Source: Amphiscolops sp. MND2022 (Eukaryota). From it: DNA of 64,000 nucleotides. Location: NCBI GenBank assembly GCA_964187785.1, contig OZ076409.1:1426001-1490000 (forward strand), written 5' to 3'. Shown here piece by piece: positions 1 through 12,569 of this stretch. The translations under genes were made by a program, and so were the position numbers. Each line of letters begins with the position of its first letter. Positions within the stretch are counted from its first letter, which is position 1. The notes below the pieces were generated by a model. That model searched no databases. It saw nothing but the letters and a program-made list of their open reading frames with translations, and was not told where the DNA came from.

Positions 1-65
1 GTACAGGTACTGCTGGTGTGAAGGAAGGATATTCGCTTTCTATTTTGAATGAAGGTTTCGCCAAT

Positions 66-1736
66 TCATTTTAGGCTTTGGTTTCTCATTGCCTTGCTGG
101 AGCAAGGTGTTTCTTTTCGGAAAAGTAATTCCAGTGTTTTTTTTGGGGGTGACTCGCCCGAACCTCGTCCTTGAGTTCTCGATAGTAGATTTTTGTGATC
201 AAATGTTTGGAACTTCTGAGACGGTTCACTTGACTCACCTTTATTTCCTACTTCTCTGCTAGATTCCTTCGGTTGTGAGAAGCACTTGTCTAAGCCTTCA
301 ACGCCTTGATCTAGCCAACTTTTGATATCGCTGTTTTTGTCCTCTTCAAGAGTAAGAGACATCAGGCTAGGACATATTGAAGAAGCTCGAAATGATCCTT
401 CAGCCTCTTCTATTTGCAATCGCATTTGCTGCCTTCCAAAAGCTTTCTTGCGCTTCAATTCAGCAATTTCTGATTCTGCCTGCAACTCTTGGAGCTTCTT
501 TTCCATTTCCATCTCCCTACGGGTCTTCTCTTGTTCCAACTCACGCTCACTTTTTTCTATTTCCATTTGTGATTTCTGATCCATCAGTTCAGCTTGTATC
601 TCCAATCGTCTTCGTTCACTCATTTTCGAAACATTGGACCCTACTTTTGAACCGGCCTTTTTTGCTGGCTCACTCATAGCTAATGTTCGAGTAGGGGAGT
701 AATCTGTCAACGATAGTCTTTTTTGGGAACCTGGAGTAGCCGATTGAGGTTGAAAAGATGGGTTATCGAAGCGGTCGTTAATTCTGAGGAACAGCGTTGA
801 TTGATTTGCCTCTCTAAGCATTTTCAATCCTTTGTCAAGTGTTTCATTCGCTTTAGATTTTTCCAAGGCAGGAGAATGGTTCTCATCCAAGGCATGAGAA
901 CGGTTCTCATCGTCTTTTGATAACTCCGAACTTTCAAACCCAGACACTTCAGGTGTTTCGATGTTTTCCAATGGATCGTTTGCCGCTGTATTGCAGCTAT
1001 CAATTTAATTCAGAGCGTCAGTCATTTCTTGTTGAATGATAGGGTTCATTTCTGTGACGACGTTTTCTGCGGTCGCAAGAATAGTCAAGAAATCGGATTT
1101 GAGAAGACTGCGCCTGGTTTCGAGACTTTTATCTAAAATGGCTTTGTTGTCTTGAAGTTTCTGAATAGCCATTTTCACTCTACTCGACCTTGCGCCTTGT
1201 TCAATTATATTGTCTATTGTAGTTTTTTCTGCAACAATTGCTCGTTTGGCGTCGTAAAACTGATCGCAGAGTTTAAAATACTTCATTAAATCACTTTCAT
1301 ACTTTAGGTGCGATAAATGCTTACTCACGCTCATGAGACTTCCGAAAGTTTTCTTCCAATTCTCAAAGCGTTTTTCGAGTTCGCTTTCTAATCTTTTCAG
1401 GATTTCCTTACGGTTGCCTTGGAACTTATCTTTCAGAAATGGAAGATGTTTTTCAAACTCCTTGCGCAGCTTGCTCTTTGAAGTTGTGTAAGTTACGAAG
1501 AACTTACCGACGTCTACCCAAACTGTTGGATCCTGAACTTGCAGACTTTGGAAATCCGAGTCTAAATTTCTGAGAATCAAAATAAGATCTGAGACACGTT
1601 TTTCGTGTTCTATCCATTCTTTCATTGTTGATGAATTTTTCAAGCAGTCAGTAAAATAGACTTTTCGTTCATCCCCACCTTTTGACGATGTCATATATGT
1701 GGGGTCCCAGAAATCGCTTTCATTGGATTTGGCCAT
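66..1736 (-). pseudogene. gag-like ORF of the BEL/Pao-like element, interrupted by one in-frame stop (1005-1007) and frameshifts near 60-140
   Basis: ORFs 1005..1829 and 66..971 are in the same frame, separated only by TAA plus 11 sense codons. The likely start MAKSNES is at 1736. The E/K/R-rich coiled coil (SERRRLEIQAELM...RLQIEEAEGS) resembles BEL/Pao gag N-termini. Confidence 0.55.
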
Positions 1737-1775
1737 TTTGTACTTCAAGTGTTGATTGGATACAAAATAGTGCTT

Positions 1776-1793
1776 TCCCGGGTCGCGGCACCA
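1776..1793 (-). promoter_or_regulatory. Primer-binding site TGGTGCCGCGACCCGGGA (tRNA-Phe/His-like)
   Basis: Starts with TGG (complement of CCA). 16/18 identical to the complement of a typical metazoan tRNA-Phe 3' end as I recall it (TGGTGCCGAAACCCGGGA). Directly upstream of the gag-like ATG. Confidence 0.65.
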
Positions 1794-1879
1794 AAATTTT
1801 ACGTCTGCAAGGTAAATTAACAAAAACACTTACCAAGTTTTACGACGGCCTGTTTGTCAACTGGAGGACAATTCTAAAA

Positions 1880-2446
1880 CTACTTTGTCCAGGAAAGGCA
1901 CTTGCAAAATCCACTACACACAATAATTTCGAGATGTCCTTCCTCTTCAATCTCCGGACAATATTTATTGTAAAGTATCTTGCCTTTTAGGATATAGGTG
2001 ATTCCACTCAATCCGTCTGAGTTCAAATGAACGTTATACTTTTTTAGGTGTTTCTTGCCAAACACTTGCCTGGAAATTCCTCTGAACTTCCAGCCTTCTT
2101 TACAAGAAGCAAGTAAAGAATTAACTTCTTTTGCTTGGAGAGGTTGAGAGTTGCGTAAAGGTATACCAAGTACGAAAACATTTTTAGCTTTGGTTAATAA
2201 AAGATTTGCAAGATCAGATATCTGTCGAACCAAGTTTTTTGTCGTAGTGGCAAATAGGTTGTTACTGCCTATAAATAGGACGATGATATCATAAAGATTC
2301 CTTTTGGGTATAAAATTGTAAACGTGCTCTATATTTGCTCCAGGCAGTGATAAAACGTTAGAGTTAGCAATATCAAGCCTTTTTCCTTGGCTATCAGAAA
2401 TTAACAAGTTTCTGGTTTTTGAAACTTTGAATAGATGATATCGCAT
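1880..2446 (-). CDS. SGNH/GDSL hydrolase (esterase)-like protein, 188 aa, transposon-borne
   Basis: SGNH blocks in order: LLISDSQ (block I, GDS-like), SLPGANI (II), IVLFIGSNN (III), YNVHLN (V, DxxH-like but with the acidic residue missing). Confidence 0.7.
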   Translation of the reverse strand: MRYHLFKVSKTRNLLISDSQGKRLDIANSNVLSLPGANIEHVYNFIPKRNLYDIIVLFIGSNNLFATTTKNLVRQISDLANLLLTKAKNVFVLGIPLRNSQPLQAKEVNSLLASCKEGWKFRGISRQVFGKKHLKKYNVHLNSDGLSGITYILKGKILYNKYCPEIEEEGHLEIIVCSGFCKCLSWTK

Positions 2447-3260
2447 CTATCTCGAATTGAAAAATCAGCCAAAATTACTTTGAATAGGTTTCGGAAGACG
2501 GTGAAGCAATTACTGCATCTTTGACTTGCACTTATTCTGTTTCACAAACATAAAGTAGCTTTGGAGCTCTAAATTGTGATTATAGGAATCAACTTAGCTG
2601 TCTCGATGAGGGGTAGCGTTGTTGATCTGCTAAACCAAACGATAAGTTCAAGTCCTTGCTTCCACGATAACTTTCTCAAGCAAAAATATCGCAACTATAT
2701 GCAATATAATAAATTGACGTTGGAATTTCGAAACAATATAATATCACTTGTTCAACTCCAAAAAAGCCCTTCAATAGTCAGAGTTAACTGAATTAATTGT
2801 ACGAGAAACTTCCAAGCTTCCACTTTCTTCAATACTTGAGTAGCAAAGTCAACTGATTTGGATCTCTACTTGGATACTGCTGTGTCTTAGTAGGAGTTAA
2901 CTCTGGTTACTTTAGCATACAGGAAATACCTGATGGCGGATGTTTGTGGTCAAATTTACCATCACCATACAAGCGCCTTGATATATAGAATAAGGAGAAA
3001 CAAACTATTTAACTGGGCTGGAGGTATACACCAAAACATGTAAAAGTATATATAAAAAGCATACATTTAAGCAAGAATAAGGCATAGAAGTTGCTAAAAA
3101 TTTGAACAAAGTGAAAAGTTCTAAGAAATGTCTCGACCCTTGAATTCTCAAATGATGTTTATCAGTGATTGAAGAACACCTGGCTTTTGCATTTAATGAA
3201 ACCTTGCTGAAAACACTTTTCCCTCTTGAATCAATATTGCAAACGTAATTCCACTTCATA

Positions 3261-3726
3261 ACAAGCCGGGACCGGCCTAAGTCGGCCCATATCTAAAGCC
3301 CAAAAATAGCAAAAAGACTTCAAGGTTTTCTCTCCTACATTACCCGAAAAAAAGTTTTTTCGAAAAAAATCTCACAATGCCGGAACAAATTGAAAGGGGA
3401 CCCTTTGGGATTTTTCAACATCCATTTTGTCCTAAAACTCCAAACAATTGAAGGAGGGACCCTTTGTGGAATTTTTTTCCTGAAAAAGTCTCGCAATGCC
3501 GAAAAACCTGAAAGCGGGGACTCTTTGGTCTCGTCCGGTATTGTATGTTACGCTGGAATTCTTTTGGGTTCAGTTCCTTGCGCCAACTGGTACGATTTTG
3601 TGTCTTCTAAAACTTTTAAAGATTTTTTGGTAGAACTATTTTGGTCACTTCAGGTGTACCGAAAAAAAAACACTGAAGAGAAGCCACGACTATAGTAGAC
3701 TCTTTTCTTACAAAAAGCGCCGACTA
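3261..3726 (-). mobile_element. DINE-1/HINE-like non-autonomous Helentron-type repeat (family A), copy 1
   Basis: On + it reads ACAAGCCGGG..AAGTCGG..ATATCTAA..CAAAAATAGC to AAAAGCGCCGACTA. It has subterminal inverted AGTCGGCGC/GCGCCGACT, a terminal GCCG-N4-CGGC hairpin, A/T-run flanks and no TSD. The same ends recur at least 7 times in the window. Confidence 0.7.
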
Positions 3727-3878
3727 AAAACGGGAAAAGATTATATCCTTCAAGTTAGAGACCCATCAACTTTTTGAGCTCAATGGAAACGCTTTCGAGG
3801 AACCTCTATAAAGTGAATGATTATTATTTGTTTGAAGCACAACATTCGCACTACAATTTGGTTTTAGATCATTTGGAT

Positions 3879-3966
3879 GGGGAGCATGGCGTAGTGGTAG
3901 GGGAGCATGGTGTAGAGGTTAGAGCATTCGGCCTGTAATGGGGCGGTTTCAGGTTCGAATCTCTCT
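3879..3966 (+). repeat. tRNA-derived SINE-like head
   Basis: Duplicated A-box-like GGGAGCATGGCGTAGTGG / GGGAGCATGGTGTAGAGG and B box GGTTCGAATC. No proper cloverleaf acceptor stem. Confidence 0.5.
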
Positions 3967-5122
3967 AAACGCACCATTGTTGGTCCTTAAGCAACTCCTT
4001 CATCCCTAGCTTAGTGGTATGGTCAATGACAAAAAATAAGCCAAATGGCTGAGAAAAGCAAAACAAAAAGAGCAACGGTGTCAGACCTTTGTGACCTTGA
4101 GCAAGGCACTTTGAAACCTCAGCTTCAAGTCCACCATTGCTTGACCACTTGGCTGCAAAAATAGTACCATAGCTTGCTATGGGGAGATAGTATCTGGAAG
4201 GGCGCCAATTTAGAAAAACAGAACTGCCAATTCGGCGTCCACCCCGCGGTAATGGGGAAATTAACTTTCTTCTTCTTCGATCATGTGTACATGCAATCAC
4301 TTCTGTCACCGAGAACATGAAAAACGAAATTGAGACGAACAAATACGAAACAAGCTTGGTTTGTTGACCACAACTTCGGATACCACAGGAAACGTAAAAA
4401 TTAAAACTGGTGTGCTTCAAGGAATTGTCCTAGGTCGCTATCGTTTTTTATGCGTCAATAATAAGCAAATGTCATCACGAATAGTCAAGAAGTTATGTAT
4501 GCTGATTACAGTACTGTTGTAAACTCTGGTAAACAATCTGACCTTTTGGCTGGGTCAAAATTTATTGGATGTAACTAAATTGTTCAGTTCCTGAAACTTA
4601 ACTATCTGTTGTCAGAAATTGCTCACATCTACAGACACTCTGTATTGACTGTATTTCTCTGGGTATCGATTTGAACGCTCTGATTTAATGATTTAAAACA
4701 AAAATTAGACAAGAGTTTCAAAAATTTTTTTAAGCAATCTTTAAACTTTGAATCTTGAACGAATAACGCAAAGATGCTTCTCTGGCAAAATTTATATTAA
4801 AAACAATGAATTTGGATTCTATCAGTATTTCTATAAAAATCTTGACAAGCAGCTTTACCTTTTTGCGCCCTAAAGAAACTTCTTATCTTGTGAAAGCAGC
4901 GTGAAGGAGTGTTTGTAAAAAAACTTGAAAAAAAAACAGATTTGCCTCAACTCAATTTCTAGAACTATGCATTGCCATGAAACAAAAAGCCCTCAAAATT
5001 TGACATTGACGAAGTGCAATAAAAACAAATTATATCGAGATAAAAACATGTATGCAAAATGTATGAAAAATGAATGGCCATTCATGATTTTTGCATGATT
5101 CTTGCAAGATCAGCAAGCAGGC

Positions 5123-5360
5123 ATGAATCTGGTGCAAGAAGAGCTCCAAGCCAAGAGTGAGGAGCAGCGAGAGAGTCGTGTCATTCTGAACGTGGGTGGG
5201 GTGAGACACGAGACGCAGAAGGCGACCCTGAAAAAGATTCCCGCCACGCGACTGTCGAAACTGACCGAGGCTCTCATCAATTATGACGCAGTCACGGGCG
5301 AATACTTTTTCGACCGACATCCGGGAGTATTCGCACAGGTGCTCAATTACTACCGGACAG
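5123..5360 (+). CDS. Shaw: Shaw/Kv3 voltage-gated K+ channel, coding exon 1 (T1 domain N-part)
   Basis: MNLVQ...[37 protein letters not shown]...[21 protein letters not shown] matches the Shaw T1 domain. Donor AG|GTTGGT at 5361, phase 1. Confidence 0.95.
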
Positions 5361-6064
5361 GTTGGTGACTCACCACTTTTCTTTAACTTCAGTTCTGTGA
5401 TCAACAAAACGTCCCCGGGGAGATTTTCGGCACGATTTCTCGAAATCGGTTGAGAATTTTGAAAACATCAGAAATAAAAGTTTCTTAGAATTTCATCTAG
5501 TTTATATTAGTGTTTTTTAAATTTTTATGGCACGAAAATTGAGAAAGTTACAAATAGCTGATTTTGAGCGAATTTGGGACTTTTTCCGTTTTTCCAAGTT
5601 TTGACAGTTTTATCCACAGTTCTTTTGGGAAGTTTTATGATCAAATGACTCGCACAAATCTACTGAATCTATGGATTTTTTTCGATTTCAAAAATTATCC
5701 ACGGTTTTCGAAATATCATGCCCGAAAGGTGAAATTTCGTCGATTTACATGTACAGAGATAGGAAATTAACGTTTCGCGGTGAAACAAATTGCGATTATT
5801 TCTTCATTTGTTTTCGAATACATTTGTGGAACAAATTGTTCGGCCACAACACAAAAGACTTCTTAACAAAAAAGTTATTTAATTCAAAAATTGACTGTTT
5901 TAAAAGAATAACAAGTGAACAAGAAGAAAACAGGAACTTGATAAAGCAAAATGGTTAGTTTTTGGATATATTTTGCAATTTGCAAAATGAAACTGTCAAT
6001 TTCATTGACAGCAACTTCAAATTGGCAGCGTTCCACGACTGTATTTGTAACTGCTTGTAGTTGA

Positions 6065-6245
6065 AACAAGACGCCCGCTAAGCACAGGGATATTTTCCGC
6101 TAAAAATGTATTGCATCAGCACGGGTTCGAACCCGCGACCTCTTGTCCACCAGGCAGACGCACTACCAACTGCGCGATGGTGACTAGATTTTACTAAATG
6201 GAGTAATAAAGTGGAGATTTGACAGAATTTGGAAAAAAAACGCAA
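6065..6245 (-). mobile_element. Repeat family B containing an internal tRNA-like A/B-box segment and ending ...GCGGGCGTCTTGT
   Basis: Similar to 49081-49260 on the opposite strand, including ~60 bp upstream of the tRNA-like part (CGCAGTTGGTAG...GGTTCGAACCC). Confidence 0.65.
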
Positions 6246-6749
6246 CTCAGATTATGATTCTCCTCCCCCGTTTTATGTGGGCGGAAAATAGCAATTGACG
6301 AAATATGGTTCTTCTAAAGCCAATCACACTACCCACCCAGGTACACCCTGTTTCTAATTTCGACAAACCCCCCCCCCAAAAAAAACAAATTTTATGCTTG
6401 ACAAAAACTTCTTGGGCGACTGAAAGGAATTGATATGGCTATTAATACTACAGATTATACAGCAGACGTGGACTAATCATCGGCGAGGTTCTGATGGAAA
6501 CGAAACTCTCCTGGTGGAAAATTTTGATTTTCAATATGATGACAAAGTAGGTGCTTCAAGCCAACATTCTTTGCTATCTAGAAAGATCCAAAATCTTCAA
6601 ACTTGCGTAAATTTAAGACAATTTTATGAACAACGGAGAAAAAACAAGATGCCTCGACAGCGTTTTTTCAAGTTCTCAAGTGTAATTCAATCTGTATTGA
6701 TACACCATTTTCGGGTTTTATTCACGGCTGTTCAGTTATCATGAGCCAA

Positions 6750-7558
6750 ACAAGCCGGGAACGGCCCAAGTCGGCGCCATATCTAAGTCTCAAAAATAGC
6801 AAAAGGACTTCAAAATGTCAAAGTATTCTCTTCAACAGCATCCTATTTTTTTGAAAAAGACTCGAAATGCCGAAAAAACTGAAAGGGGGGCCCCTTGGGA
6901 TTTTTCAACATCCATTTTGTCGGAAAATATCAAAAAATTGAAAGAAGACCCTTTGGTGAAAATTTTTTTTGGAAAAAAGGTCTCACAGAGCCGAAATTAC
7001 TCTAAAGGAGTACCCTTTGGCCCCGTTGAGTTTCTTAGATGATATAAAAATACTTCACAAGCTTTTGAAAAAGTAAAAGTACTTCGCAAGCAAGGATTCA
7101 TGACTCATGAAAATTGTAAGAAAAGTGGACCATTCAGAGTGAGATTGTAGGCTGAAAAAAACTACCCACTGTATTAATCGGGTTTTTGGAACTTTTTCCT
7201 CTCCCCCCCCCCACACACATACTTACTTTTCAAGATGATGTTTTTGCAATTAATTATATCTCAATTGCGTTTCCAATGAAACATTTCGGTTTTAAATTTA
7301 TTCTCAGGGTGATAGTTTAGAACTCAGATACAAACTTTGTTCACACTTTTTTCCTATGTAGTTACGCATTTTTGATGAAGAAATCAACAGCTTCCTTTTT
7401 GAGTCATCAATAAACACTCTAATAGCGTGGAGACAACAAAACAAAGAAAAAGACTTATTCGAACAAATATTGAATGATATAGTCAAATTTCTTTAAAAAG
7501 TGTGGGGGAAAAGGAAAAAGAGCCGGGCTTTTTTCGTTAAGGAAAAAAGCGCCGACTA
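6750..7558 (-). mobile_element. DINE-1/HINE-like family A copy with an internal insertion (~7190-7520)
   Basis: ACAAGCCGGGAACGGCCCAAGTCGGCGCCATATCTAAG... to AAAAGCGCCGACTA. Body matches 46937-47394. Confidence 0.7.
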
Positions 7559-7754
7559 AAAACAGGGTCTCAGCTTCAGACTGTTTCTTTTCCCAGGTTG
7601 TAGATCATGGAACAGCAACCTTGATCGTGCAATTTTGGACCAGGTCTCGAATCATAGATTATCATGGCTGATATAGTTGCATGATTATTCCATGATAAGG
7701 CATGTGTTCCAGAGCAAGTAAAAATATGATTGAATTAAAACAAACAAACTACAA

Positions 7755-7830
7755 GGCGTTATGGAGGAATAGGTTAGTGCGTTTGGTTTCTATTCCAAAG
7801 GTCTGAAGTTCGATTCCTGGTATCAGCGGA
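7755..7830 (+). repeat. Degenerate tRNA-derived fragment
   Basis: TGGAGGAATAGGTTAGTGCG (A-box-like) ... GTTCGATTCC (B box). Confidence 0.35.
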
Positions 7831-8476
7831 GTCATTGGTCACAATACTAAAATACCGTTTTCGACTAAAATACTATTTTCAATAATTTGCTATCTCGAAA
7901 AATATGTTTGATAATATTTGTAAACAATATTGTTCTTTTGTTAATTGTACCAATGTATTCACTGTTATCATTGTATGCTACAATGTTTTCGATAAACGAG
8001 ATGGTTCGAAAGAAATTTTCAAAACGGACTGTAATTAGCGGATTAGCCAATTCACCTAATACAGTTTCTTTACCATGGCTCGTCCATGATCAATGCATGA
8101 TACTCCAATGCGAATTATTGTGATTCATTTAAGCTTCCAACAGACAACCAATGAATTATACAATCAGAGGTTAGCAACGCCATGCTACAACCGACGCTAC
8201 TTCGCAGTTCTTAAAGTATTCTATTGAAAATGTCTTAACACTACTCTGGCAATAAAGTTATTAAAATTTCATTTTTTGTTTAAATTTTTTAAAGCTAATA
8301 TGGTGTTAGAAAGTAGGGCTTAAACCTCATTTTGTATTTTTTAGAACTGATCTTTTCGGCATTTTTTGAGACACCCGGGTTGCCGCCACTCCGAAATTTC
8401 TTAGTCTGGGTCCAGGTCTGACAGGAAAACTCGCGACACGATCTTGATTCGAAACATCTGGCCTAAACTTCACCAA

Positions 8477-9196
8477 GGCTAAGAAATATCTGGCCCATAT
8501 CTGACCCAGAATAAAAATTATTTTGCTCAGAACTGAGCCGGGTTGAGACATCTCTGGTCCGGACCTAACCCAGACTAAAAATCCTTTAGCCCAGAACCGA
8601 ATCCAAACTAATAAATCTCTGGCTAAGAAATCTCTGGCCCATATCTGAGCCAGAATAAAAATTGTTTTGCTCAGAACTGAGCCGGGTTGAGACATCTCTG
8701 GTCCGGACCTAACCCAGACTAAAAATCCTTTAGCCCAGAACCGAATCCAAACTAATAAATCTCTGGCTAAGAAATCTCTGGCCCATATCTGAGCCAGAAT
8801 AAAAATTATTTTGCTCAGAACTGAGCCGGGTTGAGACATCTCTGGTCCGGACCTAACCCAGACTAAAAATCCTTTAGCCCAGAACCGAATCCAAACTAAT
8901 AAATCTCTGGCTAAGAAATATCTGGCCCATATCTGACCCAGAATAAAAATTATTTTGCTCAGAACTGAGCCGGGTTGAGACATCTCTGGTCCGGACCTAA
9001 CCCAGACTAAAAATCCTTTAGCCCAGAACCGAATCCAAACTAATAAATCTCTGGCTAAGAAATATCTGGCCCATATCTGAGCCAGAATAAAAATTATTTT
9101 GCTCAGAACTGAGCCGGGTTGAGACATCTCTGGTCCGGACCTAACCCAGACTAAAAATCCTTTAGCCCAGAACCGAATCCAAACTAATAAATCTCT
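8477..9196. repeat. Tandem array, 144-bp unit x5, near-identical, built from shorter diverged subunits
   Basis: GGCTAAGAAA recurs at 8477, 8621, 8765, 8909 and 9053 (period 144). Confidence 0.95.
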
Positions 9197-10272
9197 GGCC
9201 TGACCCCAGACTAAGAAATGTCTGAGAATTTAGTTTCTTCAGAAATCACTTGAAACTCTGCTTCGCTCAAAAACTTGGATAATTACGAAGTTAATGACAC
9301 GTTCCTTCAAGGTAGACCCAATTCTTTTTCTTCTTTTTCCGGAACGCTGTAAAAACGTATTGTCTTGTATAAAAAAACCTTGTAATTACTGAAACCTTTA
9401 GTAACCTTCTTTAGTAACTAAAACCTTCTTTAGAGCTCGAATCTTTGTAGTTCTTCTACGCTTCTCTGGAAATTTAGTTTGAGAGCGGAAATCAAAGAAA
9501 AAGTGAGTTAATCAATTCAAAATCCTCATCACAAGCAACCTGGAGACTGTAATTGTTGCACTATGAAAAACTTCATCTATGTCGTCACAAAATCTGATCG
9601 CCAAATTTTCTGAGTTGTCGCTTTTGAGGAAGTCCATTAAATAAGAAAACGTTAGAGAAGATATGTAACGTACCTGCAAACACGTAACACCAAAATACGG
9701 CTCTTTTCTGTCCCCCCCCCCACCATCAAATTTTTCGGAAGTAAAATTCTTTAAAAACTTTAGACTAGCCTAATAAAACCAAAACCTTCATCCATAATGG
9801 GAAATTAACGTAAATTGGAATAGTTAATTGCTTGAACAAAACATGACAGACACATTTTGACTATAATTATGTTAGTATCAAGTGTTTATTGATTACTCAA
9901 AACAGGAAGCTGTTGATTTCTTCATCAAAAATGCGTGACCGCATATTAAAAAAGTGTGAACAATGTTTGTATCTGGATTCAAAACTTTCACACTAAAAAT
10001 AAATGTAAATTTGAAGCTTTTTGGTTTGTATTCAAGTCTTTTTGTTATTTTCACTTATTTTTTAAAAAAATTGGCGGTGGAGGGAAACAGAAAAGAGCCA
10101 AAAATACAAACGAATGCGAATGAAACCCCGGGTGAAATTAGTTCGAATGAACAGTTTAGAGTGCCTGAGATTTTTAAAAAATTGTCCGTGGTCAATCTGG
10201 GATGTCAACCTGGGACTATTTACATAATTTACAAACTTATATATCTTTCTCAATTGCATAATTTCAAGCAAA

Positions 10273-10820
10273 CCCTGGTGGGAACTGCTTGAACTTTTTA
10301 CACGTTTTTGTAGGCTACCGAGCTAATTTTTCATGATTGTATAAAATTCTCAAGGAAACGTCCATTCATTAAAACTTCACTGATGCAATTGAAGTTTATC
10401 AAGCTGCCTATAAAATGCATCCTAAAATTGGCGGCAATTCCGAGCCGCGAAGTTTTGCAGATTTCATCAAGACGCCGTTCTAATTTTGAAAGCAGCTGAG
10501 ACCTTCATCAATTTTACCCGTTTTAATGCAAATAATTTTCAGTCACATTATAAGTTTCAAAGTAGCGTGATATTCAGCGTGCTATTTGACTAACGGTGAT
10601 TACATAAGGTACTTACTTGAGAAACTTACCCGTGAAAACAAAATGATCGCGGCAGTGAAGAAGTGGATTTGTTTTCAGTTTTATTTGAAATAGTGGAAAC
10701 TTCATTTAAATCCTATAAAATGTTTCCATGCATGTTCCCTGAATTTTCCATGTTTTATTAAAAAATTAGCCTGCATTTTTTGAAGGTGCCTGTAAAACTT
10801 CGCGGCAACTTCGACTAGGG
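10273..10820. mobile_element. MITE with CCC(T)..(A)GGG ends and 2-bp TSD (CMC/EnSpm-like)
   Basis: AA|CCCTGGTGGGAACTGCTTGAACTTTTTAC ... GACTAGGG|AA. Homologous to 41514-42033 (inverted) and ~32390-32935. Confidence 0.6.
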
Positions 10821-12279
10821 AAGGCTAACACTGCATATAGTAGAACAAAAGTTTCTTCTGAAATAGAAGTTTAGGAAACGTGTTGTACGTGCAAATGATT
10901 TAACGCCAATTTTATGTGAATGACGCTGCAAATACTGGATATCTTGATACAGTGTATATTGAGCGATTAATCGAAGTTCTGGTGAAATATACATCTGAGC
11001 CCCCCCCCACTTAAAGCTCAAAAAGCTCAGCCTCATTCAAAAGCTCAGATATCGCTGTTATGAAATTCTCATAAGTTTCAAAGTGTCAAAAAATTAGAAA
11101 GGCCCCTTAATTGAAAACGTCAAAAATTGCAATATGGTTGGAAAAATGCAATTTTCGAGAAAACGTTTGTCGCACATTGTGGAGAAACACAGAAGGGGAT
11201 CCTTTAAGTTCGAAATACTTGTTTTCCCAAATGGAAACATGGAAAAAATGGGAGGGGAACCTCTTGATGAAATGAAAAAAAAATGAAAAATGTCAAAAAA
11301 ACCTTCGGTCGCACATAATTTTCAGGATACGGTAAAATTATAAAACACTCGAAGGGTAGATAACATTGGCTTCTTTGTGTACCCTTCAGAACTTAGGCGG
11401 AAACTCTGCAAAACGTTGACCCTCATCCTTTGTGAAGTCTATAGCCTTACAAAAAAACTTGCCACGACGAAAACATGCTATTTTATTTTTAAAAAGCGTT
11501 TGCCATGAAATTTCTCATTTGTTCACTCTATTTTTTCTAGGAGTCACTTGAAACCTAGAAAATATGTCAGACTTTTCGAATCAAATAGTGAATATCAAAG
11601 TAAATGGACCAAAAATGTTGTATCTTTTGGAGCAAGTTTTTTTTCTAAATTTTGTATCAGTATTTTGTGAAACCTTCAATTATGTTTTCAATTAAAATTG
11701 GTTCGTTGTTACAACCTAGCGCCTTCAATGTGTCAACAAAAACCAAGCTGTCAATTTGGTTGACAGTTTTTTAGAGTTTGAAAATTTGAATCAATGGGTT
11801 TGAATTGTTTTCAAAATCAACAAGTTTATATGAAATGAACACGTTTTATGAAATTAGTTTGAAAAAATTGTGGGAATTATGATCAAACTGACATGTAGTA
11901 ACAAAGTAACATCAATAAAAAGTAATTAAATACACACATGGTCAAGCTTCTGTAGTTTTCAGTAATTATTTTCGCATTCTCTTGCGTGCTGTGTTCATGT
12001 TTACGAAACGAATTCGAGTCTTTGCAAATAAATATTAACGTGTAAACTGGAGAAAAACATACAAAACTGGGGAAAAGTATTTTTTTGAAAATTTGGATGG
12101 AAACAAATGCACATAAGACGGGTAGTTCTGTGACTAATTTTGATGAAGATCGAAAAATTAACCAATGTTGATCAACTTTCTCTGATTTTTTCACCCGTGT
12201 TTTTGCTTTGTGCCATTTTTTTGAAAATTATAATTAAATTTCTATTCTATGAAATTTTGCCAACTCCATGCAAGTTTTT

Positions 12280-12560
12280 TCATTTCCAGTCAGATTTTTT
12301 CAAATCCAGGCAATGTTTTTTGATTTTCAGTCAGGTTTTTTCAAATCCAGGCAAGTTGGCAAGTTTTTTTTCTTTTCCAGGCAAGTTGGCAAGTTTTTTC
12401 ATTTCCAGACAAGTTTTTTTCACTTCCATGCAAGTTTTCTTTCAAATCCAGTCAGGTTCTTTCAAAACCAGTCAAGTTTTTTCAGTCAGTTTTTTTTCAA
12501 ATCCAGGCAAGTTTCGTCAAATCCAGGCAAGTTTTTTCCATTTCCAGTCAGTTTTTTTTT
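12280..12560 (+). repeat. Low-complexity minisatellite (CAAATCCAGGCAAG / CATTTCCAGTCAG units separated by T-runs)
   Basis: More than ten related short units directly before the exon 2 acceptor. Confidence 0.8.
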
Positions 12561-12569
12561 CATTTGCAG

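Larger units (their letters stand above)
1..3002 (-). mobile_element. Decayed BEL/Pao-like LTR retrotransposon (putative 5' LTR ~3002-1797, PBS, start of gag), running off the left edge
   Basis: Minus strand has a tRNA-type PBS at 1793-1776, followed 40 nt later by an ATG and a long coiled-coil/Ser-rich gag-like frame. The candidate LTR start TGTTTCTCC is at 3002. The second LTR is not in the window, so boundaries are inferred. Confidence 0.5.

Noticed and set aside
8327..9127. 266-aa repetitive ORF
   Set aside because: By-product of a 144-bp (multiple of 3) tandem array; no splice or homology support.
12140..12569. N-terminal part of ORFs 12140..12826 and 12268..12774
   Set aside because: Phe-rich translation of an intronic T-rich minisatellite; real coding starts at the 12570 acceptor.
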